Source: Octopus sinensis
Lineage: Eukaryota
Direction of reading: 5' to 3'
Assembly: GCF_006345805.1 (NCBI RefSeq)
Contig: NC_042998.1
Coordinates: 25,792,001 to 25,856,000 of the forward strand
DNA length: 64,000 nucleotides
A program made the translations under genes and the position numbers. This document shows, one piece after another, positions 50,041 to 63,640 of the stretch. The notes under the pieces were generated by a model that had not been told where the DNA came from, searched no databases, and saw only the letters and a list, made by a program, of their open reading frames with translations. Position 1 is the first letter of the stretch. Every line of letters starts with the position of its first letter.

Positions 50041-50230
50041 CCACCACCACCATCATCACCATCATTGTTTAACGTCTGTTTTCCATGCTGGCATGGGTTC
50101 GACAGTTTGGAAGGAGTTGGCCAGCCAGAAGCTGTCCTAACTCCATTGCTTGTTTTGACATGGCTTCCACAGCTGGATGCCTTTCCTAATGCCAACCACT
50201 TCACAGAGGGTGCAGGATGTTTTCTACATG
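49790..50230 (-). mobile_element. RTE 3' tail with greatly expanded (GAT)n
   Basis: (ATC)n 49820-50063 runs into TTTAACGTCTGTTTTCCATGCTGGCATGGG. Confidence 0.8.
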
Positions 50231-50248
50231 CCAATAATAATAATGTTG

Positions 50249-50282
<34 letters not shown>

Positions 50283-50864
50283 CATTTAATGTCTACTTTC
50301 CCATGTTTGTACAGGTTAAGCAGAATTTTGTTGAGGCTGGTTTTTTACACCCAGATGCTCTTCCTGTCACTAACCTTCATCTATTTTCAGGTAAGTTAAT
50401 ATTTCCTCGTGGCCAGACATGTGTTTTCCAGAAGAATGGAAAACAACGACATTGTTTGTACCAGGCTGATGCTCATATGCAACCATCATGTGATCTCAAG
50501 ATAAGGGTAGATACACACGCACACACACAGAGCATCTCAACAGAAATACGGTAACGAAAGGGTTAATCAGTAATGGGAATGGAGGATACACAGAAATAGG
50601 GAACAGCACATACCTACTTCTCAAATTTCAAGTTATTTTCTCCTTTTTTTTTTATGCTCAAAATCTATCAATGTAAGCATATTTACTTTTACCAATCTTT
50701 TGTCAAGTTAATATCAATATGCATTAATTATAAATTCGTATTGATAATATAAAATCATCAATATAAATTAACATGTTCATTTATTATAATTAAGCGTGCA
50801 TATTTTATTACGTTCTCGTAATAAAACACATAACCTGGATGAATTTACATTCTTTTATTCCTTT

Positions 50865-51087
50865 ATTCTTATATTCTTTTGTTCTTTTACTTGTTTCAGT
50901 CATTTGACTGTGGCCATGCTGGAGCACCACCTTTCAGTCGAATAAATCGAATAAATCCCAGGACTTATTCTTTGTAAACCTAGTACTTATTCTATTGGTG
51001 TATTTTGCTGAACCACTAAGTTGCGGGAACATAAACACACTGACATCAGTTGTCAAGCGATGGGGGGGGGCAAGCACAGACACGAAA

Positions 51088-51126
<39 letters not shown>

Positions 51127-51260
51127 ATACAACAGGCTTCTTTCAGTTTCTGTCTACCAAATCTATTCACAAGGCTTTGGTTGGTCCGAGGCTATAGTAG
51201 AAGACACTTGCCTGAGGTGCCACACAGTGGCACTGAACCCGGAACCAGCAGCTGGTAAGC
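50865..51260 (-). mobile_element. S1 SINE
   Basis: Match to other S1 copies. Confidence 0.85.
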
Positions 51261-51306
51261 AACATACACACACACATACACACACACATACTCACACACA
51301 CACACA

Positions 51307-52314
51307 CAGGGTGTGATGGATAAATTGTCAGCATCTTATATTTGTAGTTTTGTGCATGTGGATTGTTTGTTTTTGATTTTGTCAACTACACAGTTTAGTA
51401 GGATCAGTTGGACACTGTCCATGAGAGAAACAGCTCTATGATACAATTCACTCTGTCAGAATTTGCAAACGACATTCTATACGGCTTAGCATTCATACCA
51501 GAAATTCTAACATGAACATTTCAGAGTGTTTGGGTGTCAATCTGAGGACATGTACCGAGAGTGATAAAAATCAAACACCCAGTCAACATCATGGTGTTTG
51601 GAGTGATCACTAGTAATGGCAACGTTATGCCTCCATTCATCTTCCCACATGGCCTCACACACAACACGGAGGCCTACATCAAGTGCCTTGGGTCAAGAGG
51701 GTTGCTGCTGAAAGACCCTAAGTCTGGCAACAGGACTCTGCACTACACCACACAAGCAGGAGAACCCAGTCATGGCTGTCAGACAATTTCTGAGACCACA
51801 TCACCCCTAAAATCCGGCCACCTAACTCCCTAGATTGCAACCCTCTTGATTATTATGCATGGGGTACAGTTGAGTGAGAGACCAGCAAAACTCTTTGTAA
51901 CACCAAATATGAACTGAAGGCAAGGATTATGGCTGCATTGACCAAGGAAACCGTCCAGAAGAGTTGCAGGTTATTCCAAAGTCATCTGGAGGCCATGGTT
52001 GAAGCCAATGGTGATTTTATTGAATAAATTTACTCTTTAGTATTTCAAGATATTTTAATGTAATATCTGTTAAAATGAGATGTCAATGTTATTTTCTGTT
52101 GTGTCTGGGGAGAGTCATTTTCTTTTTGTGCCTCATAATGTAACACACATACAGGTAAAATTTCCACTTATTTCTTATTTTTATTTTCCAAAAATTTTCA
52201 TTGCGTCTTGCAACCTTTTCAATAGTCTTGACTCTGTCTGTTATTTACAATGCATTCCCTTTTGTTATTTTCATTTTTGTGCAATTTATACGACAATGTA
52301 TTCACCACACCCTG
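51307..52314 (+). mobile_element. Decayed maT (DD37D) Tc1/mariner-superfamily transposon
   Basis: TIRs CAGGGTGTGATGGATAAATTGTC / GACAATGTATTCACCACACCCTG plus TA; MVFGVITSNGNVMPPFIF; WQQD followed by 37 codons then D in NSLDCNPLDY. Confidence 0.85.
52093..52235 (-). mobile_element. Family B single arm nested in maT; contains U3-A8 HHR motif (52188-52225)
   Basis: Reverse complement CTA TTGAAAA G GTTGC-AAGAC-GCAAT GAA AATT T. Confidence 0.75.
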
Positions 52315-52703
52315 TATATATGTGCATGACGGGCTTCACAAGTCAGTAGGCAGTCATTGAACCCAAAGAAGTTCCAGACATACATTAGCATTCATTCTAT
52401 ACCCACTTTTCAACTTCTGACCAGCTTGTTGTATTGTAATGACATATTATGGATGTTCAGATATTACGTTCTAATATTTTGAGATACTGGATTTTAGCAA
52501 TCCCTACACAATTACTGTAAATATTAGTTTATCAATAAAATTATGTGAATCGATTAGTTTTAATTTACTGAAGCAAATACAATTAAAATTTTGAATCCCT
52601 GGCCTTAAGTGATAACATATATCAAGTTTTTTTCTGTCTGATATTCAAATTTTCTGAGATGTACCTATGTTCTGCACAATTTGATATGCAAGATATTCAT
52701 ATA

Positions 52704-53122
52704 TATATCTTTCTACCCACAAGGGGCTAAACACAGAGGGGACAAACAAGGACAGACAAATGGATTAAGTCGATTACATCGACCCCAGTGCGAAACCTGT
52801 ACTTAATTTATCGACCCCGAAAGGACGAAAGGCAAAGTCGACCTCGGCGGAATTTGAAATCAGAACGTAAAGACAGACAAAATACCTATTTCTTTACTAC
52901 CCACAAGGGGCTAAACACAGAGAGGACAAACAAGGACAGACAAATGGATTAAGTCGATTATATCGACCCCAGTGCGCGTAACTGGTACTTAATTTATCGA
53001 CCCCGAAAGGATGAAAGGCAAAGTCGACCTCGGCAGAATTTGAACCCAGAATGTAATGGCAGACGAAATACGGCTAAGCATTTCGCCCGGCATGCTAACG
53101 TTTCTGCCAGATTGCCGCCTTT
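52704..53122 (-). mobile_element. S3 SINE one-and-a-half-mer within a single TSD
   Basis: 20 bp TSD ATATGCAAGATATTCATATA at 52684-52703 and 53123-53142. Confidence 0.9.
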
Positions 53123-53253
53123 ATATGCAAGATATTCATATACAAAATTGACTATTAGTAATAGGAACGTGTATATGGTTGTATGGAAGCACAGAAGAAT
53201 CATAAAATATTAAAAAATGTTGTTACAGTAGTGCGTAAACCATAACCTCTCAC

Positions 53254-53506
53254 CAGGCAATGATTCTGCCAAAATATGATGCGTGCATTCAACATAAGTG
53301 AGTTCACTGAGTAAAGCAAAATCGATGAGAAGGATGCTGTTTTGTATGAATTCGTCAAGCAGTGCACTGCTTCCATAAGATTGTATTTTCCCATAGCATG
53401 TCAGCGATGCCATTGAACCATGTCTCAGTCTTTTATGATCCATATTATTACAGATTGCGAAGCAGTGAACACACAAAATTGTGTACAGATAATGCAGGGG
53501 AAACTG
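53254..53506 (-). CDS. Candidate host exon, product unrecognised
   Basis: Open frame QFPLHYLYTILCVH...LLIDFALLSELTYVECTHHILAESLP ending at a strong donor CTG|GTGAGA; acceptor uncertain. Confidence 0.3.
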
Positions 53507-53926
53507 CTGGCTTAGATTTTCATCAAAAGCAAAAGGACGTGATGAATATTAGATTTATACATTAATGTGAGATCCATGGAGACTTTTAAGGTTTTTTGGT
53601 AAGAACACGTGTATTACAGTATTGTTGAGATTCAAAGACCCTTTAGCATTCAGATTGCTCTGTCAAATTTATTTACATTGTTTTCAATTAATCCACTAAT
53701 GACTTAATTATTCATTTATTCTTCTGCTTCTTTCAGTCATTTGACTGCGGCCAATGCTGGAGTACCACCTTTAGTCAACTAATCAATCCCAGGACTTATT
53801 ACCTGTAAGCCTAGTACTTGTCCTATTGGTCTCGTTTGCCAATCTGCTAAGTTATGGGGAGGTAAACACACCAGCATCAGCTGTCAAGCGATGGTAGGGG
53901 GACAAACACAGGCACACAAATACATA

Positions 53927-53971
<45 letters not shown>

Positions 53972-54138
53972 TGAGTGTATTTTTACCTTGTTAACAATTA
54001 ACACGTAAAAAATAAATAATTAGTTACCAGGGTAGCAAAAATCTCACAAGTAAAGATGTTGTAACTCCTTGTTTATAAAGGTAAAAACTTTGTGTTTGCG
54101 TGGAATACTTTGAATAATATATGAATAAATATTTATTC

Positions 54139-54197
<59 letters not shown>

Positions 54198-54434
54198 AAT
54201 AAGGATAAGATCATTATTTAAATACCAATCTTATCAGGTGGCCAGCATGGAATAAAAACCTTCAAAGGTAATAATTATTTAAAATTATCCAGTAATTTTT
54301 TTTTTTGCTAGCTTATTTTGTCTCTTTGTCTTCTCTCCTGGTGCTGTATGAACATTTAATGTGGTTTTAGAGTCAAGTTTTGGCTGCTATTAGTATCTCT
54401 TAGATACCCTAAATTGTAATTATATATATATATA

Positions 54435-54664
54435 TTCATATAACTTAACTTTGATAACTTTGATAGGTTTCGGCCAGTATAGGCCCAGGCCATGTCTAAC
54501 TTAATAGAACCACCTGATGAAATCTTTTAGTCATGTATGAGGCACCATGACCCTCTCTAGCAAACAGTTGTTATTGTTGGAGACATATCCGGGTGTAGGA
54601 GGTTGGTCTGGGATTTTTTGAAGAAATTTGTCCAGTGAACTTTTGAATTTTATGAGATCCATTT

Positions 54665-54670
<6 letters not shown>
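54435..54670 (-). mobile_element. CR1-group LINE 3' fragment
   Basis: Minus strand DLIKFKSSLDKFLQKIPDQPPTPGY, followed by a 3'UTR. Confidence 0.6.
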
Positions 54671-54749
<79 letters not shown>

Positions 54750-55620
54750 AGACAGGCTTCATTCAGTTTCCATCTACCAAATCTACTCACAAATCTTTGG
54801 ATGGCCCAAGACACTTGCCCAAGGTGCCATGCAGTGGGACTGAACCCAGAACCACGTCGCTGGTAAGTAAGCTTAATGATACTGTACAGTAAGTTTAAGA
54901 CACCATATTTTGACAGTTTGCAGGTAGAAAGCAGGTAGAATCTTCGAGCTAAATATGGATGGTTTAAATAGTTTAAATTTAAAGATCAAAAGCTCATCAG
55001 ATTCCTCTCACTGCAACCCACTCAAATCTCTGCAACACATTTTAATTACAGCAATGATTTGTAATTGACATTACTTAAAATGAGTTAAATTCACATGGAT
55101 AACTACGCCATGCACACTTTATACATCAGATGGCTTAAATAGCCATTTTTCTCAATATAGCTTTTGCAAAACATAAATTCCACATAATCAATATACATTC
55201 AAGCCTACTTGGGTTGAGTCTTCTCATGTGAGGATGACATTGTACATATCATAATTGATAAAACACATGTAATGTTTTTGGTATAAGACAGCTTTTACCC
55301 ACGAGAATTGAAACCTACTGGAACTTCGAATTTAGACTAGTTTATATATGATCTTTAATAAGAAAAGTGCTATGGTAGTCCTGGTTTAAGTCAGATAATA
55401 TGCAATTCAATGCTTTTCTGTTGTCTCTCCCATTAGAAATTGCATTTAGCATTTGAGCCAAATTAGAATGGACAAGAAGAAATTAAATAAGCAGTGTCAA
55501 TAATTTTTCCAATCTAAATTTAATCACGAATGGTGAATGTTTTACTGTTGGTGGTTTTATGCAGCAACAGTACAAGTAGAAAAGATAGTGTTCCACAGAT
55601 TTTATTATATAATATCATTA

Positions 55621-56040
55621 AGGTGGTGAGCTGACAGAAACGTTAGCACATTGGGTGAAATGCTGAGCGGTATTTTGTCTGCTGCTATGTTCTGAATTCA
55701 TATTCCACTGAGGTTGACTATGCCTTTCATCCTTTTGGGGTCGATAAATTGAGTACCAGTTATGCACTGGGGTCGATGTAATCGACTTAATCCCTTTGTC
55801 TGTCCCTGTTTGTCCCCTCTATATTTAGCCCCTTGTGGCCAATAAAGAAATAAGAAACATTAGCACACCAGGTGAAATGCTTAGCGGTATTTCGAGTTCA
55901 AATTCTACCGAGGTCAACTTCACCTTTTATCCTTTTGGGGGTGAATAAATTAAGTACCAGTTGCATACTGAGGTTGATCTAATTGACTGCCCCCCCCCAC
56001 AAAACATTTGGGGGGCCATGTGCCTAGAGTAGAAAAGATT
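55621..56040 (+). mobile_element. Two tandem S3 SINEs with different 3' tails
   Basis: 55621-55856 ends AATAAAGAAATAAG; the second ends GTGCCTAGAGTAGAAAAGATT. Confidence 0.8.
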
Positions 56041-56069
56041 ATATAATATCATTAGCATCAAATAATTTT

Positions 56070-56372
56070 GGAGGCACATGGCCTTGTGGTTAGAGCAGCG
56101 GACTCGTGGTCGAGGGATCGCAGGTTCGAATCTCAGACCAGGCGATGTGTGTGTGTTTATGAGCAAAACACTTACACTCCACGTGGCTCTGGCAGAAGGT
56201 AGTAGCAAACTTTTGCTGACTCTTTCACCACAACTTTCTCTCACTCTCCTCCTGCATCTTGCAGCCCACCTGCGACAGACTGGCGTCCCATCTAGGAGGG
56301 GAACCTACACACCAAGGAAACCGAGAAACTGTCCCTGATAAGCCAGGCATGGCTCGAGAAGGAACAAACAAG
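56070..56372 (+). mobile_element. SINE with S2-type head and V-domain-like 3' part
   Basis: A and B boxes, then CTGCGACAGACTGGCGTCCCATCTAG; same family as 8583-8879. Confidence 0.75.
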
Positions 56373-56741
56373 TATCAAATAACTATACATTTTAGATTGA
56401 TGCACCCTTAAAATATTTTAAAAGACAGCTTGGTGAGAAGTAAACTATAGTGAAAATTCCCAACCAGTAAATTACTAAAGATTAAAGCATTTAAAACGAT
56501 CTTTTAGACTGTTTGAATGCAAAACTATACTGAAAAAGAAAAGGAATATGGCTGAGTAGGAATTAAAAATACAGAATTGGAATACGGTGTATACAGCAAG
56601 TGTAGTCATCTTGGACATGAACAAACAAAGAATTCATTGGTTTTGAGAGAGGTGCTGAGTAGGCCTAAAACTTAGTGGAGGCAACGCAAAATAATTAATG
56701 ATTTTTAAAACTAAGGTTTTGAAATACAACAAAAAAAAAAC

Positions 56742-57152
56742 AGGCGTAGGAGTGGCTGTGTGGTAAGTAGCTTGTTTACCAACCACATGGTTCCGGGTTC
56801 AGTCCCACTGCATGGCACCTTGGGCAAGTGCCTTCTACTATAGCCTCAGGTTGACCAAAGCTTTGTGAGTGGATTTGGTAGACGGAAACTGAAAGAAGCC
56901 TGTCGTATATATGTATATGTATATGTGTGTGTATATGTTTGTGTGTCTGTGTTTGTACCCCTCAACATCGCTTGACAACCGATACTGGTGTGTTTACGTC
57001 CCCGTAACTTAGCGGTTCAGCAAAAGAAACTGATAGAATAAGTACTAGGCTTACAAAGAATAAGTCCCTGGGGTCTATTTGCTTGACTAAAGGTGGTGCT
57101 CCAGCATGGCCACAGTCAAATGACTGAAACAAGTAAAAGAGTAAAAGAGTAG
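56742..57152 (+). mobile_element. S1 SINE, full length
   Basis: Match to other S1 copies. Confidence 0.9.
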
Positions 57153-57722
57153 TACATCACAGGTACATCACAGGTACCAAAAGAAATCAGTGAAAACGTT
57201 GATTAAAAAAGTTACCAAAAATGCTGTTTATACATGTTACTGAAAAACGATGACACAAGAACAGAATGGCTTTTAGAACTATTTGCAATTTTGCTCACAA
57301 ACGTAAAGTATACACAGATATGTTTTATGATATTAAATTACATGAGACAATTGACCTTAACTTAGAGTATATTCTGCACTCTCATAATTACGTACAGATT
57401 GTAAACCACATGTGAAGCCAAATGTGACAGACAGTGGTGAAAAACGTACTTTCCAAACAACCTCAAGTGTCTGTTACGGTTGATAAATCTATTGCTATAA
57501 ATAGCAAAGCTGTTTTAGTTGTCTGCCTGAGAGCAGCAGATGGTGAATTTTCCCACCTTGTATCATTTTGCTTTAGAACTTAGTGCAAAATGTAAGATCT
57601 ACAATTGGTTGGCTTCTAAATTGCTTACAAAGGGATGGTTTTCAATCCAGTTCCTAAAATTATATATATTACCATTTGTAATTCATGGATCATTTGAGCA
57701 TTTTCTCTCTTTCTTTTTTTAA

Positions 57723-58300
57723 ATTCTTTTACTTGGTTCAATCATTTGACTGCGGTCATACTGGAGCACTGTTCTGAAAGGTTTTAGTCAAACAAATTGA
57801 CCCCAAGGCTTATTTTTTGAGCCTAGCACTTATTCTATCAGTCTTTTTTGCTGTACTACTAAGTTACAGAGATGTAAACACACCAACGCCGGTTATCCAG
57901 CAGTGATGAGGGAACAAACACAGACACACACAGACACACACACACACATTTTTTCAGTTTCTATCTACCAAATCCACTTACAAGGCTTTGGTTGGACTGA
58001 AGCTATAGCAGCAGACACTTACCCAAGGTGTCATGCAGTGGGACTGAACCCAGAACCATGTGGTTGGGAAGCAAGTTGCTTACCACATGGCCACACCTTT
58101 TATTTGTTTCAGTCATATGACTGTGGCCATGCTGGAGCACTGCCTCTAGTCGAACAAATCAACCCCAGGACTTATTCCTTATAAGCCTAGTAATTATTCT
58201 ATCGGTCTCTTTTGCTGAACTGCTAAGGTACGGGGATGTGAGTGCACCAGCATCAGTTGTCGAGCAATGTTGAGGGGACAAACACTGACACACAAACATA
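57723..58300 (-). mobile_element. Two S1 SINEs; the second is split by the RTE array and resumes at ~60120-60340
   Basis: Tail and body at 58100-58300; head at 60120-60340. Confidence 0.75.
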
Positions 58301-58302
58301 AA

Positions 58303-60077
58303 CAAATCAAAATAGATGAACATCAATGGAATTTGTATCTTTGTGGTACCAGTGCCGGTGGCACACAAGAGAAAACCATCCAGTACTGCATCGACTGGCC
58401 TCCGTGCTGTGGGCACATGACGCTGTGGGCACATGACAAACACCATCCGATCGTGGCCGTTCGCCAGCCTCATCTAGCACCTGTGTCGGTGGCACATAAA
58501 AACACCATCCGAAGACCCGGCAAGACTAGTCAGGCCATAACCCATGGCCCCTACCTGGGACGTAGTCAGTCCACCTGTGCATACCTTCCTTCTTGTGACA
58601 CTTGTGAAGACCTGTTGAGGCAAGTGAAAATCAAATCAAATCAAAACAAATCAAAATAGATGAACATCAATGGAATCTGTATCTTGTGGTACCAGTGCCG
58701 GTGGCACACAAGAAAACCATCTGAACGTGGCCGTAGCCAGTTCCGCATCGACCGGCCTCCGTGCTGTGGGCACGTAACAAACACCATCCGATCATGGCCG
58801 TTCGCCAGCCTCATCTGGCACCTGTGTCGGTGGCACATAAAAACACCTTCCGAAGACCCGGCAAGACTAGTCAGTCCACCTGTGCACACCTTCCTTCTTG
58901 TGACACTTGTGAAGACCTGTTGAGGCAAGTGAAAGTCAAAATCAAATCAAATCAAAATAGATGAACATCAATGGAATTTGTATCTTTGTGGTACCAGTGC
59001 CTGTGGCACACAAGAAATCCATCCGAACGTGGCCGTAGTCAGTACCGCATCGACTGGCCATCGTGCTGTGGGCACATAACAAACACCATCCGATCGTGGC
59101 CGTTTGCCAGCCTCATCTAGCACCTGTGTCGGTGGCACATAAAAACACCATCCGAAGACCCGGCAAGACTAGTCAGGCCATATCCCATGGCCCCTACCTG
59201 GGACGTAGTCAGTCCACCTGTGCATACCTTCCTCCTTGTGATACTTGTGAAGGCCTGTTGAGGCAAGTGAAAATCAAAATGAAATCAAAACAAATCAATC
59301 AAATCAAATCAAAACAAATCAAAATAGATGAACATTAATGGAATTGTATCTTTTGGTACCAGTGCCGGTGGCACACAAAAAACCATCCGAACATGGCCGT
59401 AGCCAGTACCGCACCGACTGGCCTCCGTGCTGTGGCACGTAACAAACACCATCTGATCATGGCCGTTCGCCAGCCTCATGGCACCTGTGTCGGTGGCACA
59501 TAAAAACACCATCCGAAGACCGGCAAGACTAGTCAGGCCATAACCTGTGGCCCCTACCTGGGACGTAGTCAGTCCACCTGTGCATACCTTCCTTCTTGTG
59601 ACACTTGTGAAGACCTGTTGAGGCAAGTAAAAATCAAAACAAATCAAAATAGATGAACATCAATGGAATTTGTATCTTTGTGGTACCAGTGCCGGTGGCA
59701 CGTGGCACACAAGAAAACCATCCGAACGTGGCCGTAGCCAGTACCGCATCGACTGGCCTCCGTGCTGTGGGCACGTAACAAACACCATCCGATCGTGGCC
59801 GTTTGCCAGCCTCATCTGGCACCTGTGTCAGTGGCACATAAAAACACCATCCGAGCGTGGCCGTTTGCCAGCCTCGTCTGGCACATGTGTCGGTGGCACA
59901 TAAAATCACCCACTACACTCTCGGAGTGGTTGGCGTTAGGAAGGGCATCCAGCTGTAGAAACACTGCCAGATCTGACTGGACTGGTGCAGCTTTCGGGCT
60001 CCCCAGACCCCAGTTGAACCGTCCAACCCATGCTAGCATGGAAAGCGGACGTTAAATGATGATGATGATGATGATGA
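58303..60077 (+). repeat. Tandem array of ~300-370 bp RTE 3'UTR-derived units ending in a normal RTE tail
   Basis: Unit starts (ATAGATGAACAT) at 58312, 58656, 58957, 59324, 59649; units contain GAAGACCCGGCAAG (RTE ORF end); final unit runs into CATGGAAAGCGGACGTTAAAT(GAT)n. Confidence 0.85.
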
Positions 60078-61047
60078 TATATATATGTATATATATATAT
60101 TTATATATGTATGTATGTATATGACAGATTTCTTTCAGATTCCGTCTACCAAATCCACTCACAAGACTTTAGTCAGCCCAAGGCTATGGTAGAAGATACT
60201 TGCCCAAAGTGCCACGCAGTAGGACTGAACTCAGAACCATATGGTTGGGAAGCAAGCTACTTTATTTCATAAAATTTGCCATGACGGCATTACAAAGAGT
60301 AACTTTGAAGCAAGCTACTTACCACACAACCACTCCTGCTAGAAACTTTTCAAATGTCAGTCTTTGACAATGTACAAAACATAGGATTAGATTTAGTGAA
60401 GGTAATGCTAACGATGAGATTAAGGCTTAAATCCTTTTCAGATATTATGCTATAATATTTTAAGACAAGTGGACTGCATACACTGAGGCTCTTCACTATT
60501 AACTATTAAAAACTAGTTATTTACACTAATTGTTATTTACACTAATTGTTATTTACACTAATAGTTACACTAAAAAATTTTTAGTGTAAATACAAGCGCT
60601 TCATCATACCAAACTGTAAAGGCAATCATAAGATGTTACTTTGAAGCTTTCTGGGGAGAAGTTTCAAGATGTATTGCAGAAAAGGCAAATATGGGGGATT
60701 TAAGAAGGAGTGAGAGTCATCAGTTTTTCACAAATAATATGGTCAGGCTCACGGACAGCTTGGTAGAGTTGTTTGATCTACCACTTGAGCTACAGAACTA
60801 AAATTGTACACTTAGTAAAGCATATAGAGATGTTAAATGAACTATCATGGTTCTTGAATGTCAAATTGTGTAGCCAGGAATTTATTATGCTCAAGTGCAG
60901 AAGGTAATGAACCTGCGAGGTGACATTTAATGGGATAAACATGAGGAATTCTACAGTAACCACTTTACATTGACAATAATTTTTGAAAAGTTTGATCAAT
61001 AATATGAAGCCCTGACTGCTCGATTTAATGACAACTTTTAGCAATAA

Positions 61048-61392
61048 TCCGTTGTGTCTGGGGAGAGCCATTTTCTTTTGTGCCTTATCATTTAACACAC
61101 TCACTGGTAAAATTTCCACTTATTTCTTATTTTTATTTTCATGAAATTTTCGTTGTGTCATGGCAACCTTTTCAATAGTCTTGACTATGTTTGAGAGTCA
61201 AGACTACTGAACAGGTTGCAAGATGCAACGAAAATTTTAGAAAAATAAAACATAAATACATGGAATTTTTACCGGTGTGTGGTTAAATTATAAGTCACAA
61301 AAAGAAAATGACTCTCCCCAGACACAACAGAATATGCTTCAACACACGAACTCACATAGAGAATCTTGCAAACCAAATCCAAAACTGAAATA
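61048..61392. mobile_element. PLE-like inverted dimer, family B, with HHR motifs in both arms
   Basis: Minus arm 61051-61187, plus arm 61194-61392 with ~60 bp tail; 12 bp TSD TTTTAGCAATAA at 61036-61047 and 61393-61404; HHR motifs 61141-61178 and 61204-61240. Confidence 0.85.
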
Positions 61393-61560
61393 TTTTAGCA
61401 ATAAATTAATAAGTAAATTAACTAAGTGAATTATATAGAGATTAACAATATTACAGAAGATGCACTTTTTTTTACTTTGGTATATAATGATATATAAGAA
61501 ATAGCTGAATAGTTTAACCTTAATAGTTAGTTAAGAATCAAAAGCCAAAACAGAATTTAA

Positions 61561-61780
61561 CCCTTTAGTGTTCAGATTATTCTGTCAAATGCAAGGCTTA
61601 TTTATTCACATTATTCTGAATTAATCATGCATTATCTTGTAGTTTACAGATTTCAGTGATGTGATTTTTTAGTTTTAGAATGACATGGTAGGGCTGAGGT
61701 GAGAGGCAAGTTCTGGTCAGTTTCAATATGAATTAGGTTAAATATTTTGGCCGGATATGGCCGGTTTGAATGCTAAAAGG
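61561..61780. mobile_element. TTAA-flanked MITE (same family as 9487-9707)
   Basis: TTAA|CCCTTTAG ... CTAAAAGG|TTAA. Confidence 0.8.
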
Positions 61781-62273
61781 TTAAGGAGTCCAAAGAGATG
61801 GTTTCTTCATGGTGGATTGAACCTGACACCTGTAGGTGCAATTCATTGCCAAAATGTAAGAGAAGCTTCAGTGATGTGAATGTAGGTGTCCCCCATGCCA
61901 TGTATAAGTTTAAACTGGTCATCTTTCAACTCCTGTATAAATTTAGAAGGATTCCTTTGTCAGAATTCAAATTTTATGAATACTCGAAAGCATGGCTTTT
62001 TCAGAGCAGAAAATGTACTGAAGAAATGGAATGCAGAAAGAGAAAAAAAAGAGGTGACAGAAAACATGAAGATTACATAACATTACAAGAAATCCTCTCA
62101 AGGTAAACAATGCTCTATCACAACATCCGGGTTAATTTGGGGATAAAGCTTGCCTTTGGAGATAAAGTTTGCCTTTTTTGGTATTAATACTGCTTCTGTT
62201 ACAATTATTATATAAATAATACAATTTTCAATAAATTCAAAAACTAAATTATTTCAGTTTTACCAACATATAT

Positions 62274-62307
<34 letters not shown>

Positions 62308-63169
62308 CCATCCATTGTTTTAAATCCAGATTTTGTCTCCATTAATGGGGGTGGCCAGATCTACCTCAATGCCATAGCAACTGAGGTAGGCAGGTGCAGC
62401 CCAACCTTTTGGCTGGCTGGCTGGCTGATGCCCATTCTTCTTTACTATCATGAGGCTTTTTTGGAGTTGGATTTTCTACAGGGAGCGCATGCCCTTGTTT
62501 ACCCCCAACCTCAGTTTCTAGACATGAGTGATCCCAAGACCATGGCCTCTGCCACGATTTTTAAGAAATGTGGTGGAAATCTAACTCAGGAAGGCAGGGA
62601 CACTACTCCCTGAGACCCCTTTTGGAGACACCTCCCTACCTATGATAACAATCATTTCCTTTAATACCAATTAATTTTTTCTCAAACCAAGTTAATATAT
62701 TTTTGTGTTTGAAATTTATTTCATAAATGTTGTGATGATAGAACATTTTATAGTATTGTAATTTAAACTACATGTCATCTGAACTGAACATTTGCTTTGT
62801 CAAGCTTCCTTTTGTAAAAATATGATTCCATTTGTAACAGTAGTAGCAGCAGCATATATCATTTCTGTGTAAACATTCTTGTTTATCTAAAGTGAAAAAT
62901 CAAAGAACTCCTTTTTGACTCACATTTGAGAATGGAATGAACTTATACAGCTTAAATGAATTATGTAAGAGAATCTAACAAATATGCATTTTCTGCTGCA
63001 TACCACTCAATGCTATTTTCAAAACAGATCTCACTAATGGAATGCATGACAGAGTAGGATTACATCTATTATTACTCTCTTGGTTGTTCATGTTTTTCTA
63101 CATTAAATTTTTCAAGTGAAATATTATTCTTACAGAATATGTATGTGTGTTTGCTTGCATGTATATAAG

Positions 63170-63472
63170 TATTACATATATATATATTTTATACATTATA
63201 TATCTATACACATGCTCATGCATACATACATATAGATATTATATTATATATATATAATATATATATATTATATATATATATATATATATAATATATAATA
63301 TATATATATACAAATATAAATAAATATATCATATATATAAATATACATCTGTGTATATATATATATATATATATATACGTATGTATATTATAATACCACA
63401 TATATATATATAGTATGTGTGTGTGTGTGTGTGCATATGTATATAATATATAAACATAAATGTGAAATGTAT

Positions 63473-63525
<53 letters not shown>

Positions 63526-63590
63526 TATATATTGTATATATATATATATATAAACATATAAACTTCTGAGGTTCTACTTGCTATATAAAC

Positions 63591-63622
<32 letters not shown>

Positions 63623-63640
63623 AACACCACATATGTATAT
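63170..63640. repeat. (TA)n microsatellite block
   Basis: Direct inspection. Confidence 0.95.

Noticed and set aside
54445-54530. CTGATGA and GGCC…GGCCGAAAC near the CR1-like 3'UTR
   Set aside because: The two half-motifs are on opposite strands and cannot form one ribozyme
58303-59900. CRISPR-like or retrozyme interpretation of the tandem array
   Set aside because: Eukaryotic context with no unique spacers; the units derive from an RTE 3'UTR. The CACTTG/CAAGTG hairpin and the minus-strand CAGATGA do not complete a hammerhead
61964-62102. Plus-strand exon candidate EFKFYEYSKAWLFQ…QEILSR
   Set aside because: Splice signals are plausible but the peptide is unrecognised, has no partner exon and lies opposite to the other candidates
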